Shown: one piece after another, positions 1 to 13,040 of the stretch
Layout: every line of letters starts with the position of its first letter
Position numbering within the stretch: the stretch's first letter is position 1
Origin: Macrostomum hystrix
Lineage: Eukaryota; Animalia; Platyhelminthes
DNA length: 64,000 nucleotides
Assembly (NCBI GenBank): GCA_950097015.1
Contig: CATNEN010000039.1
Location: 9,610,001 to 9,674,000 of the forward strand
Reading direction: 5' to 3'
The notes under the pieces: generated by a model
Told to the model about the DNA's origin: nothing
The model's input: only the letters and a program-made list of their open reading frames with translations
Database searches by the model: none
Program-made: the position numbers and the translations under genes

Positions 1-299
1 TGGGCCTTTCGCATTAATGAGGCCACACTCTCTGTCTGGCCAGGTAAATTCTCGCCAACAAATAATAGCTTTCATCTCTGTCTCATACTCGTATTTTATC
101 TTTCACTTTGCTGAATACTCATACTCTTTTCTCTAACCATATTCCGCAAAGCCAAATGTATAAACCGGTGTGTGATATGCTATAGTGTGTTTTGCTCCCA
201 GTCCGTCTCTTAATCGTGTATTCTATCTGCTTCTCCTACCTGATGGTTTTGAGGATTTTGTCTATCTTCCCCTTCCTTCTAATCCTCCACATAATGTCT

Positions 300-790
300 C
301 CCATCTTACCCACCTTCCTCTCCCCTCTTACCAACCTTCCTCTCCCCTCTTCTCCCCTCTTCCTCTCCCCTCTTACCCACCTTCCTCTCCCCTCTTACCA
401 AACTTCCTCTCCCCTCTTACCAACCTTCCTCTCCCCTCTTACCCACCTTCCTCTCCCCTCTTACCCACCTTCCTCTCCCCTCTTACCCACCTTCCTCTCC
501 CCTCTTACCAACCTTCCTCTCCCCTCTTACCCACCTTCCTCTCCCCTCTTACCCACCTTCCTCTCCCCTCTTACCCATATTCCTCTCCCCTCTTACTCCC
601 CTCTTCCTCTACCCTCTTACCCACCTTCCTCTCCCCTCTTACTCCCCTCTTCCTCTCACCTCTTACCCACCTTAGTCTATCCCTGAGGTCCGTTTTTGTC
701 CTCTTCTCTACCTTCCTCTCCCCCTCTTTACCACCTTCCTCTCCCCTCTTGCCCTCCTTCGTCTGCCCCTCTTTTCCACCCTCCTAACCC
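300..790 (+). repeat. 22-bp polypyrimidine minisatellite (CCTCTTACCCACCTTCCTCTCC)
   Basis: Tandem periodicity of 22 seen directly. Confidence 0.9.
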
Positions 791-1330
791 TTCATAACTA
801 TTCCTCTAAAAAATTAAGCTGTCAGTTATAAAAACCTCATTAATCAGTTTTCGAATTGAAAATCAAGAAAAACTCATCGGTGCTGATGTATCGGATTGAT
901 AAAACTAAAAAAAAACTTTTCTGTAACACAATGAACCTTAAGGGGCTTCAATAATTTGAACTTTTTTCTTCATGTCTAATTATATTCAGAAACGCTTTGT
1001 GATGAAACCACTGTGTAACGCCCAGCGAGTGTCTTTGTTTCAGATTCAATAAAATTGTCTTTCACATCAGTGGCGTAAGTGTCTTTAAAAAAATGGTTAC
1101 CCACCCAGTTGAGGACCCTTGCCGATTTGAAATTGTCTATCTAATTTATCAGACTCTGAATTTGTAGCAAACTGAATCGGAATTCTCTTGCTGCCGTTGT
1201 GTAGGCCCTTTTGTAATACTTTTTATGAAGTCTTTGTTACACCACTTCTATTTGAAACTGGCGACTTTTGTTAAGTGCCTTTTTCACATCCTCAAAAAAT
1301 CTAACTAGCGACCCAAATACGGCCTGTTCG

Positions 1331-2150
1331 TATCATCTCTCCCCTGTCTCATCTCTCCCGTGTCTCATCTCTCCCCTGTCTCAGCTCTCCCCTGTCTCAT
1401 CTCTCCCGTGTCTCATCTCTCCCCTGTCTCAGCTCTCCCCTGTATCATCTCTCCGCTGTCTCATCTCTCCCCTGTCTCAGCTCTCCCCTGTCTCATCTCT
1501 CCCCTGTCTCAGCTCTCCCCTGTCTCATCTCTCCCCTGTCTCACCTCTGCCCTGTCCCACCTCTCCCTTGTTTCATTTCTTCCCTGTCTCACCTCTCCGC
1601 TCTCTCATCTCTCCACTGTCTCATCTCTCTCATATCTCATATCTCCCCTGTCTCATCTCTCCCCTATCTCATCTCTCCCGTGTCTCACTTCTCCACTGTA
1701 TCATCTCATCTCTCCCCTGTCTCATATCTCCCGTGTCTCATCTCTCCCCTGTCTCAGCTCTCCCCTGTCTCATCTCTCCCCTGTCTCACCTCTGCCTTGT
1801 TTCATCTCTTCCATGTCTCACCTCTCCGCTCTCTCATCTCTCCACTGTCTCATCTCTCTCATATCTCATATCTCCCCTGTCTAATCTCTCCCCTATCTCA
1901 TCTCTCCCGTGTCTCATCTCTCCCCTGTCTCAGCTCTCCCCTGCGCAGGAACGGCATGCCCCCAGGCCGGCGAACTAGGCGGGAGTCGCCCATCGCGCCA
2001 TCTCTCCACTCTATCATCTCTCCCCTGTCTCATCTCTCACCTGTCTCACCTCTTCCCAATCTCATCTCTCCCGTGTCTCATATCTTCCCTGTCACATCTC
2101 TCCATGTCTCCTTCATAAATAGTCTCATCTCTCCCCAGTTTCATCTCCAC
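1331..2150 (-). repeat. 16-bp minisatellite (CTGTCTCATCTCTCCC), same family as the MITE cargo
   Basis: Reverse complement of the 19370-20600 unit. Left flank 1309-1334 resembles the MITE inner right end. Confidence 0.9.
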
Positions 2151-2819
2151 CCTCTAAACCCCTAAAACACATTTGAAGCCTTATTTCAGCATCAAACTGA
2201 CTGGGTCTCATGTTTCGTCACACAGCTATCTTCTCAATTAATGAACTCAATTGAATAAATAGTTAAACTTTGTAGACATCAACGCTGAAGTGTTTGCTCA
2301 GTATTTGCCAACCCTGTGGTAGCAACTAATAGTGTGTTAGTTTGCCTATTGGGTGGCTAATTGTATAGCTAATTATTTTCTAAGAGGCAGCAGCAGCAGC
2401 AGCAGCAGCTGTTCACTTACCTGCCCAAAGAACCCCAAAGATTCATCCGTATTTGTGTCTTTCGAGCTGTTTGAGCAGCCACTTCACACTCGCTAGTATT
2501 TGCTAACCGAGTCTGTCTGGTCACGCTTGTAATGCTTGTTTAGCGTCTCTTATCTAGATGCTGCACTGCGGTAGCTTACTAAAAGCAACAGAGTCGTGGA
2601 AGATTAAAAAACGAAAGATTGAAGGTTACCGAAGAGATAATTAGAGACGGTTTGGAGTTTGTGGTGAATAGAAGATTTGAGGCGAAAGATACGGGTTATT
2701 AAACTTAGTGCTGGCATTAGGCTCGTTAATGATGCAGCTATGAAAAATGCAGGAAAGGATGGGAGACAAAGGAGAAGTAGTTATATGGAGAAGGGATAAA
2801 ACGAGAGAAGTGAGGCAGA

Positions 2820-5800
2820 GAAGCGATGGTAGGGAGAGAAGGGATGGTAGGGAGAGAAGGGATGGTAGGCTGAGAAGGGATGGTAGGCTGAGAAGGGATG
2901 GTAGGCTGAGAAGGGATAGTAGGCTGAGAAGGGATGCTAGGCTGAGAAGGGATGGTAGGCTGAGAAGGGATGGTAGGCTGAGAAGGGATGCTAGGCTGAG
3001 AAGGGATGGTAGGCTGAGAAGGGATGGTAGGCTGAGAAGGGATGCTAGGCTGAGAAGGGATGGTAGGCTGAGAAGGGATGCTAGGCTGAGAAGGGATGCT
3101 AGGCTGAGAAGGGATGGTAGGGAGAGAAGGGATGGTAGGGAGAGAAGGGATGGTAGGGAGAGAAGGGATGGTAGGGAGAGAAGGGATGGTAGGGAGAGAA
3201 GGGATGGTAGGGAGAGAAGGGATGGTAGGGAGAGAAGGGATGGTAGGCTGAGAAGGGATGGTAGGCTGAGAAGGGATGGTAGGCTGAGAAGGGATAGTAG
3301 GCTGAGAAGGGATGCTAGGCTGAGAAGGGATGGTAGGCTGAGAAGGGATGGTAGGCTGAGAAGGGATGCTAGGCTGAGAAGGGATGGTAGGCTGAGAAGG
3401 GATGGTAGGCTGAGAAGGGATGGTAGGGAGAGAAGGGATGGTAGGGAGAGAAGGGATGGTAGGGAGAGAAGGGATGGTAGGGAGAGAAGGGATGGTAGGG
3501 AGAGAAGGGATGGTAGGGAGAGAAGGGATGGTAGGCTGAGAAGGGATGGTAGGCTGAGAAGGGATGGTAGGCTGAGAAGGGATAGTAGGCTGAGAAGGGA
3601 TGCTAGGCTGAGAAGGGATGGTAGGCTGAGAAGGGATGGTAGGCTGAGAAGGGATGCTAGGCTGAGAAGGGATGGTAGGCTGAGAAGGGATGGTAGGCTG
3701 AGAAGGGATGCTAGGCTGAGAAGGGATGGTAGGCTGAGAAGGGATGGTAGGCTGAGAAGGGATGGTAGGCTGAGAAGGGATGGTAGGCTGAGAAGGGATG
3801 CTAGGCTGAGAAGGGATGGTAGGCTGAGAAGGGATGCTAGGCTGAGAAGGGATGCTAGGCTGAGAAGGGATGGTAGGGAGAGAAGGGATGGTAGGGAGAG
3901 AAGGGATGGTAGGGAGAGAAGGGATGGTAGGGAGAGAAGGGATGGTAGGGAGAGAAGGGATGGTAGGGAGAGAAGGGATGGTAGGGAGAGAAGGGATGGT
4001 AGGCTGAGAAGGGATGGTAGGCTGAGAAGGGATGGTAGGCTGAGAAGGGATAGTAGGCTGAGAAGGGATGCTAGGCTGAGAAGGGATGGTAGGCTGAGAA
4101 GGGATGGTAGGCTGAGAAGGGATGCTAGGCTGAGAAGGGATGGTAGGCTGAGAAGGGATGGTAGGCTGAGAAGGGATGGTAGGGAGAGAAGGGATGGTAG
4201 GGAGAGAAGGGATGGTAGGGAGAGAAGGGATGGTTGGGAGAGAAGGGATGGTAGGGAGAGAAGGGATGGTAGGGAGAGAAGGGATGGTAGGCTGAGAAGG
4301 GATGGTAGGCTGAGAAGGGATGGTAGGCTGAGAAGGGATAGTAGGCTGAGAAGGGATGCTAGGCTGAGAAGGGATGGTAGGCTGAGAAGGGATGGTAGGC
4401 TGAGAAGGGATGCTAGGCTGAGAAGGGATGGTAGGCTGAGAAGGGATGGTAGGCTGAGAAGGGATGCTAGGCTGAGAAGGGATGGTAGGCTGAGAAGGGA
4501 TGGTAGGGAGAGAAGGGATGGTAGGGAGAGAAGGGATGGTAGGGAGAGAAGGGATGGTAGGGAGAGAAGGGATGGTAGGCTGAGAAGGGATGGTAGGCTG
4601 AGAAGGGATAGTAGGCTGAGAAGGGATGCTAGGCTGAGAAGGGATGGTAGGCTGAGAAGGGATGGTAGGCTGAGAAGGGATGCTAGGCTGAGAAGGGATG
4701 GTAGGCTGAGAAGGGATGGTAGGCTGAGAAGGGATGCTAGGCTGAGAAGGGATGCTAGGCTGAGAAGGGATGGTAGGCTGAGAAGGGATGCTAGGCTGAG
4801 AAGGGATGGTAGGCTGAGAAGGGATAGTAGGCTGAGAAGGGATGCTAGGCTGAGAAGGGATGGTAGGCTGAGAAGGGATGGTAGGCTGAGAAGGGATGCT
4901 AGGCTGAGAAGGGATGGTAGGCTGAGAAGGGATGGTAGGCTGAGAAGGGATGCTAGGCTGAGAAGGGATGGTAGGCTGAGAAGGGATGCTAGGCTGAGAA
5001 GGGATGGTAGGGAGAGAAGGGATGGTAGGCTGAGAAGGGATGGTAGGGAGAGAAGGGATGGTAGGGAGAGAAGGGATGGTAGGCTGAGAAGGGATGGTAG
5101 GCTGAGAAGGGATGGTAGGCTGAGAAGGGATTGTAGGCTGAGAAGGGATGCTAGGCTGAGAAGGGATGGTAGGCTGAGAAGGGATGGTAGGCTGAGAAGG
5201 GATGCTAGGCTGAGAAGGGATGGTAGGCTGAGAAGGGATGGTAGGCTGAGAAGGGATGCTAGGCTGAGAAGGGATGGTAGGCTGAGAAGGGATGCTAGGC
5301 TGAGAAGGGATGGTAGGGAGAGAAGGGATGGTAGGCTGAGAAGGGATGGTAGGGAGAGAAGGGATGGTAGGCTGAGAAGGGATGCTAGGCTGAGAAGGGA
5401 TGCTAGGCTGAGAAGGGATGGTAGGGAGAGAAGGGATGGTAGGCTGAGAAGGGATGATAGGGAGAGAAGGGATGGTAGGCTGAGAAGGGATGGTAGGGAG
5501 AGAAGGGATGGTAGGGAGAGAAGGGATGGTAGGGAGAGAAGGGATGGTAGGCTGAGAAGGGATGGTAGGCTGAGAAGGGATGCTAGGCTGAGAAGGGATG
5601 GTAGGGAGAGAAGGGATGGTAGGCTGAGAAGGGATGGTAGGGAGAGAAGGGATGGTAGGGAGAGAAGGGATGGTAGGCTGAGAAGGGATGGTAGGGAGAG
5701 AAGGGATGGTAGGGAGAGAAGGGATGGTAGGGAGAGAAGGGATGGTAGGGAGAGAAGGGATGGTAGGGAGAGAAGGGATGGTAGGGAGAGAAGGTATGGT

Positions 5801-8590
5801 AGGGAGAGAAGTGATGGTAGGGAGAGAAGGGATGGTAGGGAGAGAAGGGATGGTAGGGAGAGAAGGGATGGTAGGCTGAGAAGGGATGGTAGGGAGAGAA
5901 GGGATGGTAGGCTGAGAAGGGATGGTAGGGAGAGAAGGGATGGTAGGGAGAGAAGGGATGGTAGGGAGAGAAGGGATGGTAGGGAGAGAAGGGATGGTAG
6001 GGAGAGAAGGGATGGTAGGGAGAGAAGGGATGGTAGGGAGAGAAGGGATGGTAGGGAGAGAAGGGATGGTAGGGAGAGAAGGGATGGTAGGGAGAGAAGG
6101 GATGGTAGGGAGAGAAGGGATGGTAGGGAGAGAAGGGATGGTAGGGAGAGAAGGGATGGTAGGGAGAGAAGGGATGGTAGGGAGAGAAGGGATGGTAGGG
6201 AGAGAAGGGATGGTAGGGAGAGAAGGGATGGTAGGGAGAGAAGGGATGGTAGGGAGAGAAGGGATGGTAGGGAGAGAAGGGATGGTAGGGAGAGAAGGGA
6301 TGGTAGGGAGAGAAGGGATGGTAGGGAGAGAAGGGATGGTAGGCTGAGAAGGGATGCTAGGCTGAGAAGGGATGCTAGGCTGAGAAGGGATGGTAGGGAG
6401 AGAAGGGATGGTAGGCTGAGAAGGGATAGTAGGCTGAGAAGGGATGCTAGGCTGAGAAGGGATGGTAGGCTGAGAAGGGATGGTAGGCTGAGAAGGGATG
6501 GTAGGCTGAGATGGGATGGTAGGCTGAGAAGGGATGCTAGGCTGAAAAGGGATGGTAGGCTGAGAAGGGATGCTAGGCTGAGAAGGGATGGTAGGGAGAG
6601 AAGGGATGGTAGGCTGAGAAGGGATGGTAGGGAGAGAAGGGATGGTAGGCTGAGAAGGGATGCTAGGCTGAGAAGGGATGCTAGGCTGAGAAGGGATGGT
6701 AGGGAGAGAAGGGATGGTAGGCTGAGAAGGGATGGTAGGGAGAGAAGGGATGGTAGGCTGAGAAGGGATGGTAGGGAGAGAAGGGATGGTAGGGAGAGAA
6801 GGGATGGTAGGGAGAGAAGGGATGGTAGGCTGAGAAGGGATGGTAGGCTGAGAAGGGATGCTAGGCTGAGAAGGGATGGTAGGGAGAGAAGGGATGGTAG
6901 GCTGAGAAGGGATGGTAGGGAGAGAAGGGATGGTAGGGAGAGAAGGGATGGTAGGCTGAGAAGGGATGGTAGGGAGAGAAGGGATGGTAGGGAGAGAAGG
7001 GATGGTAGGGAGAGAAGGGATGGTAGGGAGAGAAGGGATGGTAGGGAGAGAAGGGATGGTAGGGAGAGAAGGGATGGTAGGCTGAGAAGGGATGCTAGGC
7101 TGAGAAGGGATGCTAGGCTGAGAAGGGATGGTAGGGAGAGAAGGGATGGTAGGCTGAGAAGGGATAGTAGGCTGAGAAGGGATGCTAGGCTGAGAAGGGA
7201 TGGTAGGCTGAGAAGGGATGGTAGGCTGAGAAGGGATGGTAGGCTGAGAAGGGATGGTAGGCTGAGAAGGGATGCTAGGCTGAAAAGGGATGGTAGGCTG
7301 AGAAGGGATGCTAGGCTGAGAAGGGATGGTAGGGAGAGAAGGGATGGTAGGCTGAGAAGGGATGGTAGGGAGAGAAGGGATGGTAGGCTGAGAAGGGATG
7401 CTAGGCTGAGAAGGGATGCTAGGCTGAGAAGGGATGGTAGGGAGAGAAGGGATGGTAGGCTGAGAAGGGATGGTAGGGAGAGAAGGGATGGTAGGCTGAG
7501 AAGGGATGGTAGGGAGAGAAGGGATGGTAGGGAGAGAAGGGATGGTAGGGAGAGAAGGGATGGTAGGCTGAGAAGGGATGGTAGGCTGAGAAGGGATGCT
7601 AGGCTGAGAAGGGATGGTAGGGAGAGAAGGGATGGTAGGCTGAGAAGGGATGGTAGGGAGAGAAGGGATGGTAGGGAGAGAAGGGATGGTAGGCTGAGAA
7701 GGGATGGTAGGGAGAGAAGGGATGGTAGGGAGAGAAGGGATGGTAGGCTGAGAAGGGATGGTAGGGAGAGAAGGGATGGTAGGGAGAGAAGGGATGGTAG
7801 GGAGAGAAGGGATGGTAGGCTGAGAAGGGATGGTAGGCTGAGAAGGGATGCTAGGCTGAGAAGGGATGGTAGGGAGAGAAGGGATGGTAGGCTGAGAAGG
7901 GATGGTAGGGAGAGAAGGGATGGTAGGGAGAGAAGGGATGGTAGGCTGAGAAGGGATGGTAGGGAGAGAAGGGATGGTAGGGAGAGAAGGGATGGTAGGG
8001 AGAGAAGGGATGGTAGGGAGAGAAGGGATGGTAGGGAGAGAAGGGATGGTAGGGAGAGAAGGTATGGTAGGGAGAGAAGTGATGGTAGGGAGAGAAGGGA
8101 TGGTAGGGAGAGAAGGGATGGTAGGGAGAGAAGGGATGGTAGGCTGAGAAGGGATGGTAGGGAGAGAAGGGATGGTAGGGAGAGAAGGGATGGTAGGGAG
8201 AGAAGGGATGGTAGGGAGAGAAGGGATGGTAGGGAGAGAAGGGATGGTAGGGAGAGAAGGGATGGTAGGGAGAGAAGGGATGGTAGGGAGAGAAGGGATG
8301 GTAGGGAGAGAAGGGATGGTAGGGAGAGAAGGGATGGTAGGGAGAGAAGGGATGGTAGGGAGAGAAGTGATGGTAGGCTGAGAAGGGATGGTAGGGAGAG
8401 AAGGGATGGTAGTGAGAGAAGGGATGGTAGGCTGAGAAGGGATGGTAGGCTGAGAAGGGATGGTAGGGAGAGAAGGGATGGTAGTGAGAGAAGGGATGGT
8501 AGGCTGAGAAGGGATGGTAGGCTGAGAAGGGATGGTAGGGAGAGAAGGGATGGTAGTGAGAGAAGGGATGGTAGGCTGAGAAGGGATGCA
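2820..8590 (+). repeat. 18-bp minisatellite (AGAAGGGATGGTAGG[GAG/CTG]), ~320 units
   Basis: Strict 18-bp periodicity over ~5.8 kb with interspersed variant units. Confidence 0.98.
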
Positions 8591-9959
8591 GAAAGGGAGT
8601 GATTTAAGCACAAAGAATCACCCGAAAGTTTAATTTTACAGCTAAAAACAATTCATGGTTTCATAAAAGTATTAATAACTACGCATACACAAGCTGAGGC
8701 TGCTAGACAGCGCAGAGACAGTGGCAAAATAATGGAAGGGCGGCCTCAGCTGGACAAATGGACGATTTTACGAACAATAAAAAGCGTCTGGTTTGGGCAT
8801 CAGTTAGATTGAACTGCTAGTTCAGTTAGCAATCAACTCATCTAATTTGCATTTCTATGATGAGTGCAGGAGTGTAGTACCGGCTTTAAGCTTGCAATAT
8901 TAATAGAAATAGTTTACAACGCCTTTGGGCAAACACTGCAAAAATGCTTTCACAGGCATTCGGCCTCTCTCATATTTTATAGTTGTAAGAAATTCTCCCA
9001 ATTCTATGAAATGGAAACCAAAGCTCATCATGAGAATGCTGATCAAATAAAGACTTGGGATCATTATACACTGGAGCCGTCAACTCGTTTGATTGAGAAT
9101 AAATTTTACTCACACTCAGTTCAGCTGAATTTAATCCACTTAGTGAAATTGTTTGGCCTGAATGCAGCTAAGCAACCCTGGCAACCGCCTGCTCTGACAG
9201 GGCCCTGTACACAACTTGGGATGAAGAACTTACTCGTGTCCAGAAGAAATTTTAGAGAAAAAAATACAAATAGAAGATCTGTCAAAAAAGAGAGAATGAA
9301 AAATGAAAGCCTGTGCAGAAAGCAGACAATGCTGGATCCTGGATGGAAGGAATTGTTAATTGTGTAAGCATTTCATTTCTGCTGCTGTGAAAACCGCTAA
9401 AAAAAACTTCTGAATTCAGCTGCGCAGGAATCTATACCGGAAGTCTTGAAGCAAAATTCCTGCTCTATAGAACAATGCAACTGGCTTGCTTACCTGAGGA
9501 GGGTGATGATGAGGCTTAGACTTTGGGGCAAAAATTGCGTCTGCATAGGAAGCTGGTGGACACGCGGGGTAAGATTGGGATTTTTTTAGTTTTTTTTGCT
9601 TTCATTCTTCTTCTTGTGAAGCGTGAGGAAGTGGAGTGTCTGGGAGAACTCCCTACTCAAGTGTCTGCTCCTAGAAGCTGCTCGACAGCTATTGGGAATG
9701 ACTTTTGAGTGTTAAAAACTTTTTTCTGCAGAATTACATCTCTTCCAACATGATGCAGTGCTGAAGGTTTGAGGTCCGCATCAGTCCTAATGATGGGTTT
9801 AGAACCTAATTAGAACCTTGAGCTCTTACTTTCAGTTTAATTATTTCTAATTGAAATCAAACTGGAATAATTTTATTCAGCACAGAGTGACAGCCTATAA
9901 CAGGTCTGGCTATATTTTAACACATTTTAGCACGAATTCTATACTTAAACAACTGTTTA

Positions 9960-10500
9960 AAATGTCTAACACTTTTCAGGGAGTCTAACAGCTGTTCAAA
10001 GCGACTTACAGCTTTTTTCAAAGTCTAACAGTTTTTTCAGAGTGTCTAACAGTTGTTCAGAGTGTCTAACAGTTTTTCAGAGTGTCTAACAGTTGTTTAA
10101 AGTGTCTAACCGTTTTTTTCAGAAAGTCGAACAGTTATTCAGAGTGTCTAACAGTTGTTCAGAGTGTCTAACAGTTTTTCAGAGTGTCTACCAGTTGTTT
10201 AAAGTGTCTAATAGTTGTTTAAAGTGTCTAGCAGTTGTTTAAAGTGTCTACCAGTTGTTTAAAGTGTCTAACAGTTGTTTAAAGTGTCTAGCAGTTTTTT
10301 CAGAGTGTCTAACAGTTTTTTCAGAAAGTCTAACAGTTGTTCAGAGTGTCTAACAGTTTTTCAGAGTGTCTAACAGTTTTTCAGAGTGTCTAACAGTTGT
10401 TTAAAGTGTCTAACAGTTGTTTAAAGTGTCTAGCAGTTGCTTAAAGTGTCTAACAGTTGTTTAAAGTGTCTAACAGCTTTTCCCAGTGTCTAACAGCAGT
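9960..10500 (+). repeat. 20-bp minisatellite (AGTGTCTAACAGTTGTTCAG)
   Basis: Direct tandem periodicity. Confidence 0.9.
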
Positions 10501-10959
10501 TACATTTTTCTAACATTTTTCATGGGCTGATTCAGGCTAAACATCTACGAGTATTAACCTGTTAAGTCCCTACAATTAAAAATAAAACATGGCCACAGTC
10601 TAACCAAAGAGAGCTTTAATGGACTGTTTAATTTAATGCAGTCCTATTTTTGTCCTCATTCGATCTCCCCTGAGTAATGGAGGGTTAATTTTTTTCCTGA
10701 GTAATTAATAAAATTAACACTTTTCTCTTATTTTGCTGCTAGGCTAGGAGCCTGCTTAGGCCTGGGTCGATGCGAAATTCAAACAGAATGATCACATATG
10801 TGTGTCAATACAATACACTTAATGCGATGGGCAAAGTAATCATCGCAATGACATTGCTGACACAGCCTCTCAATCAGCCAAGCGGGCACTTCTGTGTTTG
10901 CGAGAAACCTGTTGAGTATTAGTCAGCTTAATGTGCTCATTCTTGCTGCTTTTACAATC

Positions 10960-11445
10960 ATGACCTACTCAATGATCCTTCATGATCTACACCATGATCC
11001 TTCATGACCTACACCATAATCCTTCATGACCTACTCCATGATCATTCATGACCTACTCCATGATCCTTCGTGACCTACTCCATGATCCTTCATGACCTAC
11101 TCCATGATCATTCATGACCTACTCCATGATCCTTCATGACCTACTCCATGATCCTTCATGACCTACTCCATGATCCTTCATGACCTACTCCATGATCCTT
11201 CATGACCTACTCCATGATCCTTCATGACCTACACCATGATCCTTCGTGACCTACTCCATGATCCTTCATGACCTACTCCATGATCCTTCGTGACCTACTC
11301 CATGATCCTTCATGACCTACTCCATGATCATTCATGACCTACTCCATGATCCTTCATGACCTACTCCATGATCTCTTTAATGACCAACTGCATGATCTCC
11401 TTAATGACCTACTGCATGATCCCCTTAATGACCTACTGCATGATT
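10960..11445 (+). repeat. 22-bp minisatellite (ATGACCTACTCCATGATCCTTC)
   Basis: Direct tandem periodicity. Confidence 0.95.
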
Positions 11446-11590
11446 CTTCGTCATGTGCCATCAACAGCAAGAATATTATAATAATATAATAATTAATAAC
11501 CTAGTAAATAAAACTGTTTAAAATCGAAAATTAATCAATATTATTGGTTGCTGACACAACAATTTGCGATAGTGAACATACCGCACCTTT

Positions 11591-11800
11591 AATTCTGCCC
11601 CCGGTCCGCTGACTCCTGAGCACAGAAACTCACAGATACTGTACACAGGCACACACTCACACAGGTGTGACATCTGAGTTGAATTCCTCATTGTCAGGCA
11701 GTGTACACTCACTGTGCCTTGGAGATTGGCCCATCGTGTTAGTAAATTTCTCGATAAGCCTCCCAAAGCATATGCTTTCCCGGATTCGAACTCAGGTGCG
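11591..11800 (-). mobile_element. Second dispersed repeat family, SINE-like, copy 1
   Basis: Shares GACTCCTGAGCAC, CACAGGTGTG and GTCAGGCAGTGTACAC..TCACTGTGCCTTGGAG.TTGGCCC with 30974-31150. B-box-like AGTTCGAATCC on the minus strand at ~11782-11792. Confidence 0.6.
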
Positions 11801-12300
11801 ACCTTGGTGCGAATTTTATCATAGAGATCGGAGCAATCCTAGAATTGATCAGGAACTGGTCGCCAGTGTTTCTGAGATGAGCGACCAGTTCAAATTGTTC
11901 TCAGGCTTCGACGCCAATTTTGTCTAAACAGAGGCTGAAAAAGCGGATGATGACGCAATCAATGCAATTTGTCACTGTCGAATTTGATGGAGAGGAAATG
12001 ATGGAGAGAGGGGAAGAGAGACAGATCGACTTAAAGAGGCAAGTTTTGAGTTTCAGCGGCGCCCGGGGCCCCGTTTGGTGCTGGGGGCGAGAAAGTCGTG
12101 GCATTGGGGTGGGGTGGAGTCCGTTGGGGGCACCCGACAGCTGCTGTTGGGATAATTTTCTGTCTTCTTAGTGCCAGACGAAAAGCAATAGAGGTGGCTA
12201 TAGGCTCGCTTCTCTGGTCTCACGTGTCACTCTTGAACAAATGTTCGGTAGTTTTTCATAGGCCGCCACCAAATTGCTCATTCATTCCGTCATTCATTCA

Positions 12301-12647
12301 GGGATGGTAGGCAGAGAAGGGATGGTAGGGAGAGAAGGGATGGTAGGGAGAGAAGGGATGGTAGGGAGAGAAGGGATGGTATGGAGAGAAGGGATGGTAG
12401 GGAGAGAAGGGATGGTAGGGAGAGAAGGGATGGTATGGAGAGAAGGGATGGTAGGGAGAGAAGGGATGGTAGGGAGAGAAGGGATGGTAGGGAGAGAAGG
12501 GATGGTAGGGAGAGAAGGGATGGTATGGAGAGAAGGGATGGTAGGGAGAGAAGGGATGGTAGGGAGAGAAGGGATGGTAGGGAGAGAAGGGATGGTAGGC
12601 AGAGAAGGGATGGTAGGCAGAGAAGGGATGGTAGGCAGAGAAGGGAT
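12301..12647 (+). repeat. Second array of the 18-bp AGAAGGGATGGTAGGGAG minisatellite (~19 units)
   Basis: Same unit as 2820-8590. Confidence 0.95.
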
Positions 12648-12654
12648 TATTTGT

Positions 12655-13040
12655 CAGTCATTAATTCAGTCATTCATTCAGTCATTCATTCAGTCATTCA
12701 TTCAGTCAATCATTCAGTCATTCATTCAGACATTCATTCAGTCATTCATTCAGTCATTTATTCAGTCATTCATTCAGTCATTCATTTAGTCATTCATTCA
12801 GTCATTCATTCAGTCAATCATTTAGTCATTCATTCAGTCATTCATTCAGTCATTTATTCAGTCATTCATTCAGTCATTCATTCAGTCATTCATTTAGTCA
12901 TTCATTTAGTCATTCATTCAGTCATTCATTTAGTCATTCATTTAGTCATTCATTTAGTCATTCATTCAGTCATTCATTCAGTCATTCATTTAGTCATTTA
13001 TTCAGTCATTTATTCAGTCATTTATTCAGTCATTCATTTA
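12655..13040 (+). repeat. 12-bp minisatellite (CAGTCATTCATT)
   Basis: Direct periodicity; two related units also at 12278-12300. Confidence 0.95.

Noticed and set aside
2641-8613. Three ~1950-1990-aa ORFs (RRDGRL/E, SLLSLP and PSQPTI repeats) as giant repetitive proteins
   Set aside because: An 18-bp stop-free unit opens frames on both strands automatically. There is no codon-position-biased variation pointing to one frame, no unique domain or signal peptide, and the same unit recurs non-genically at 12301.
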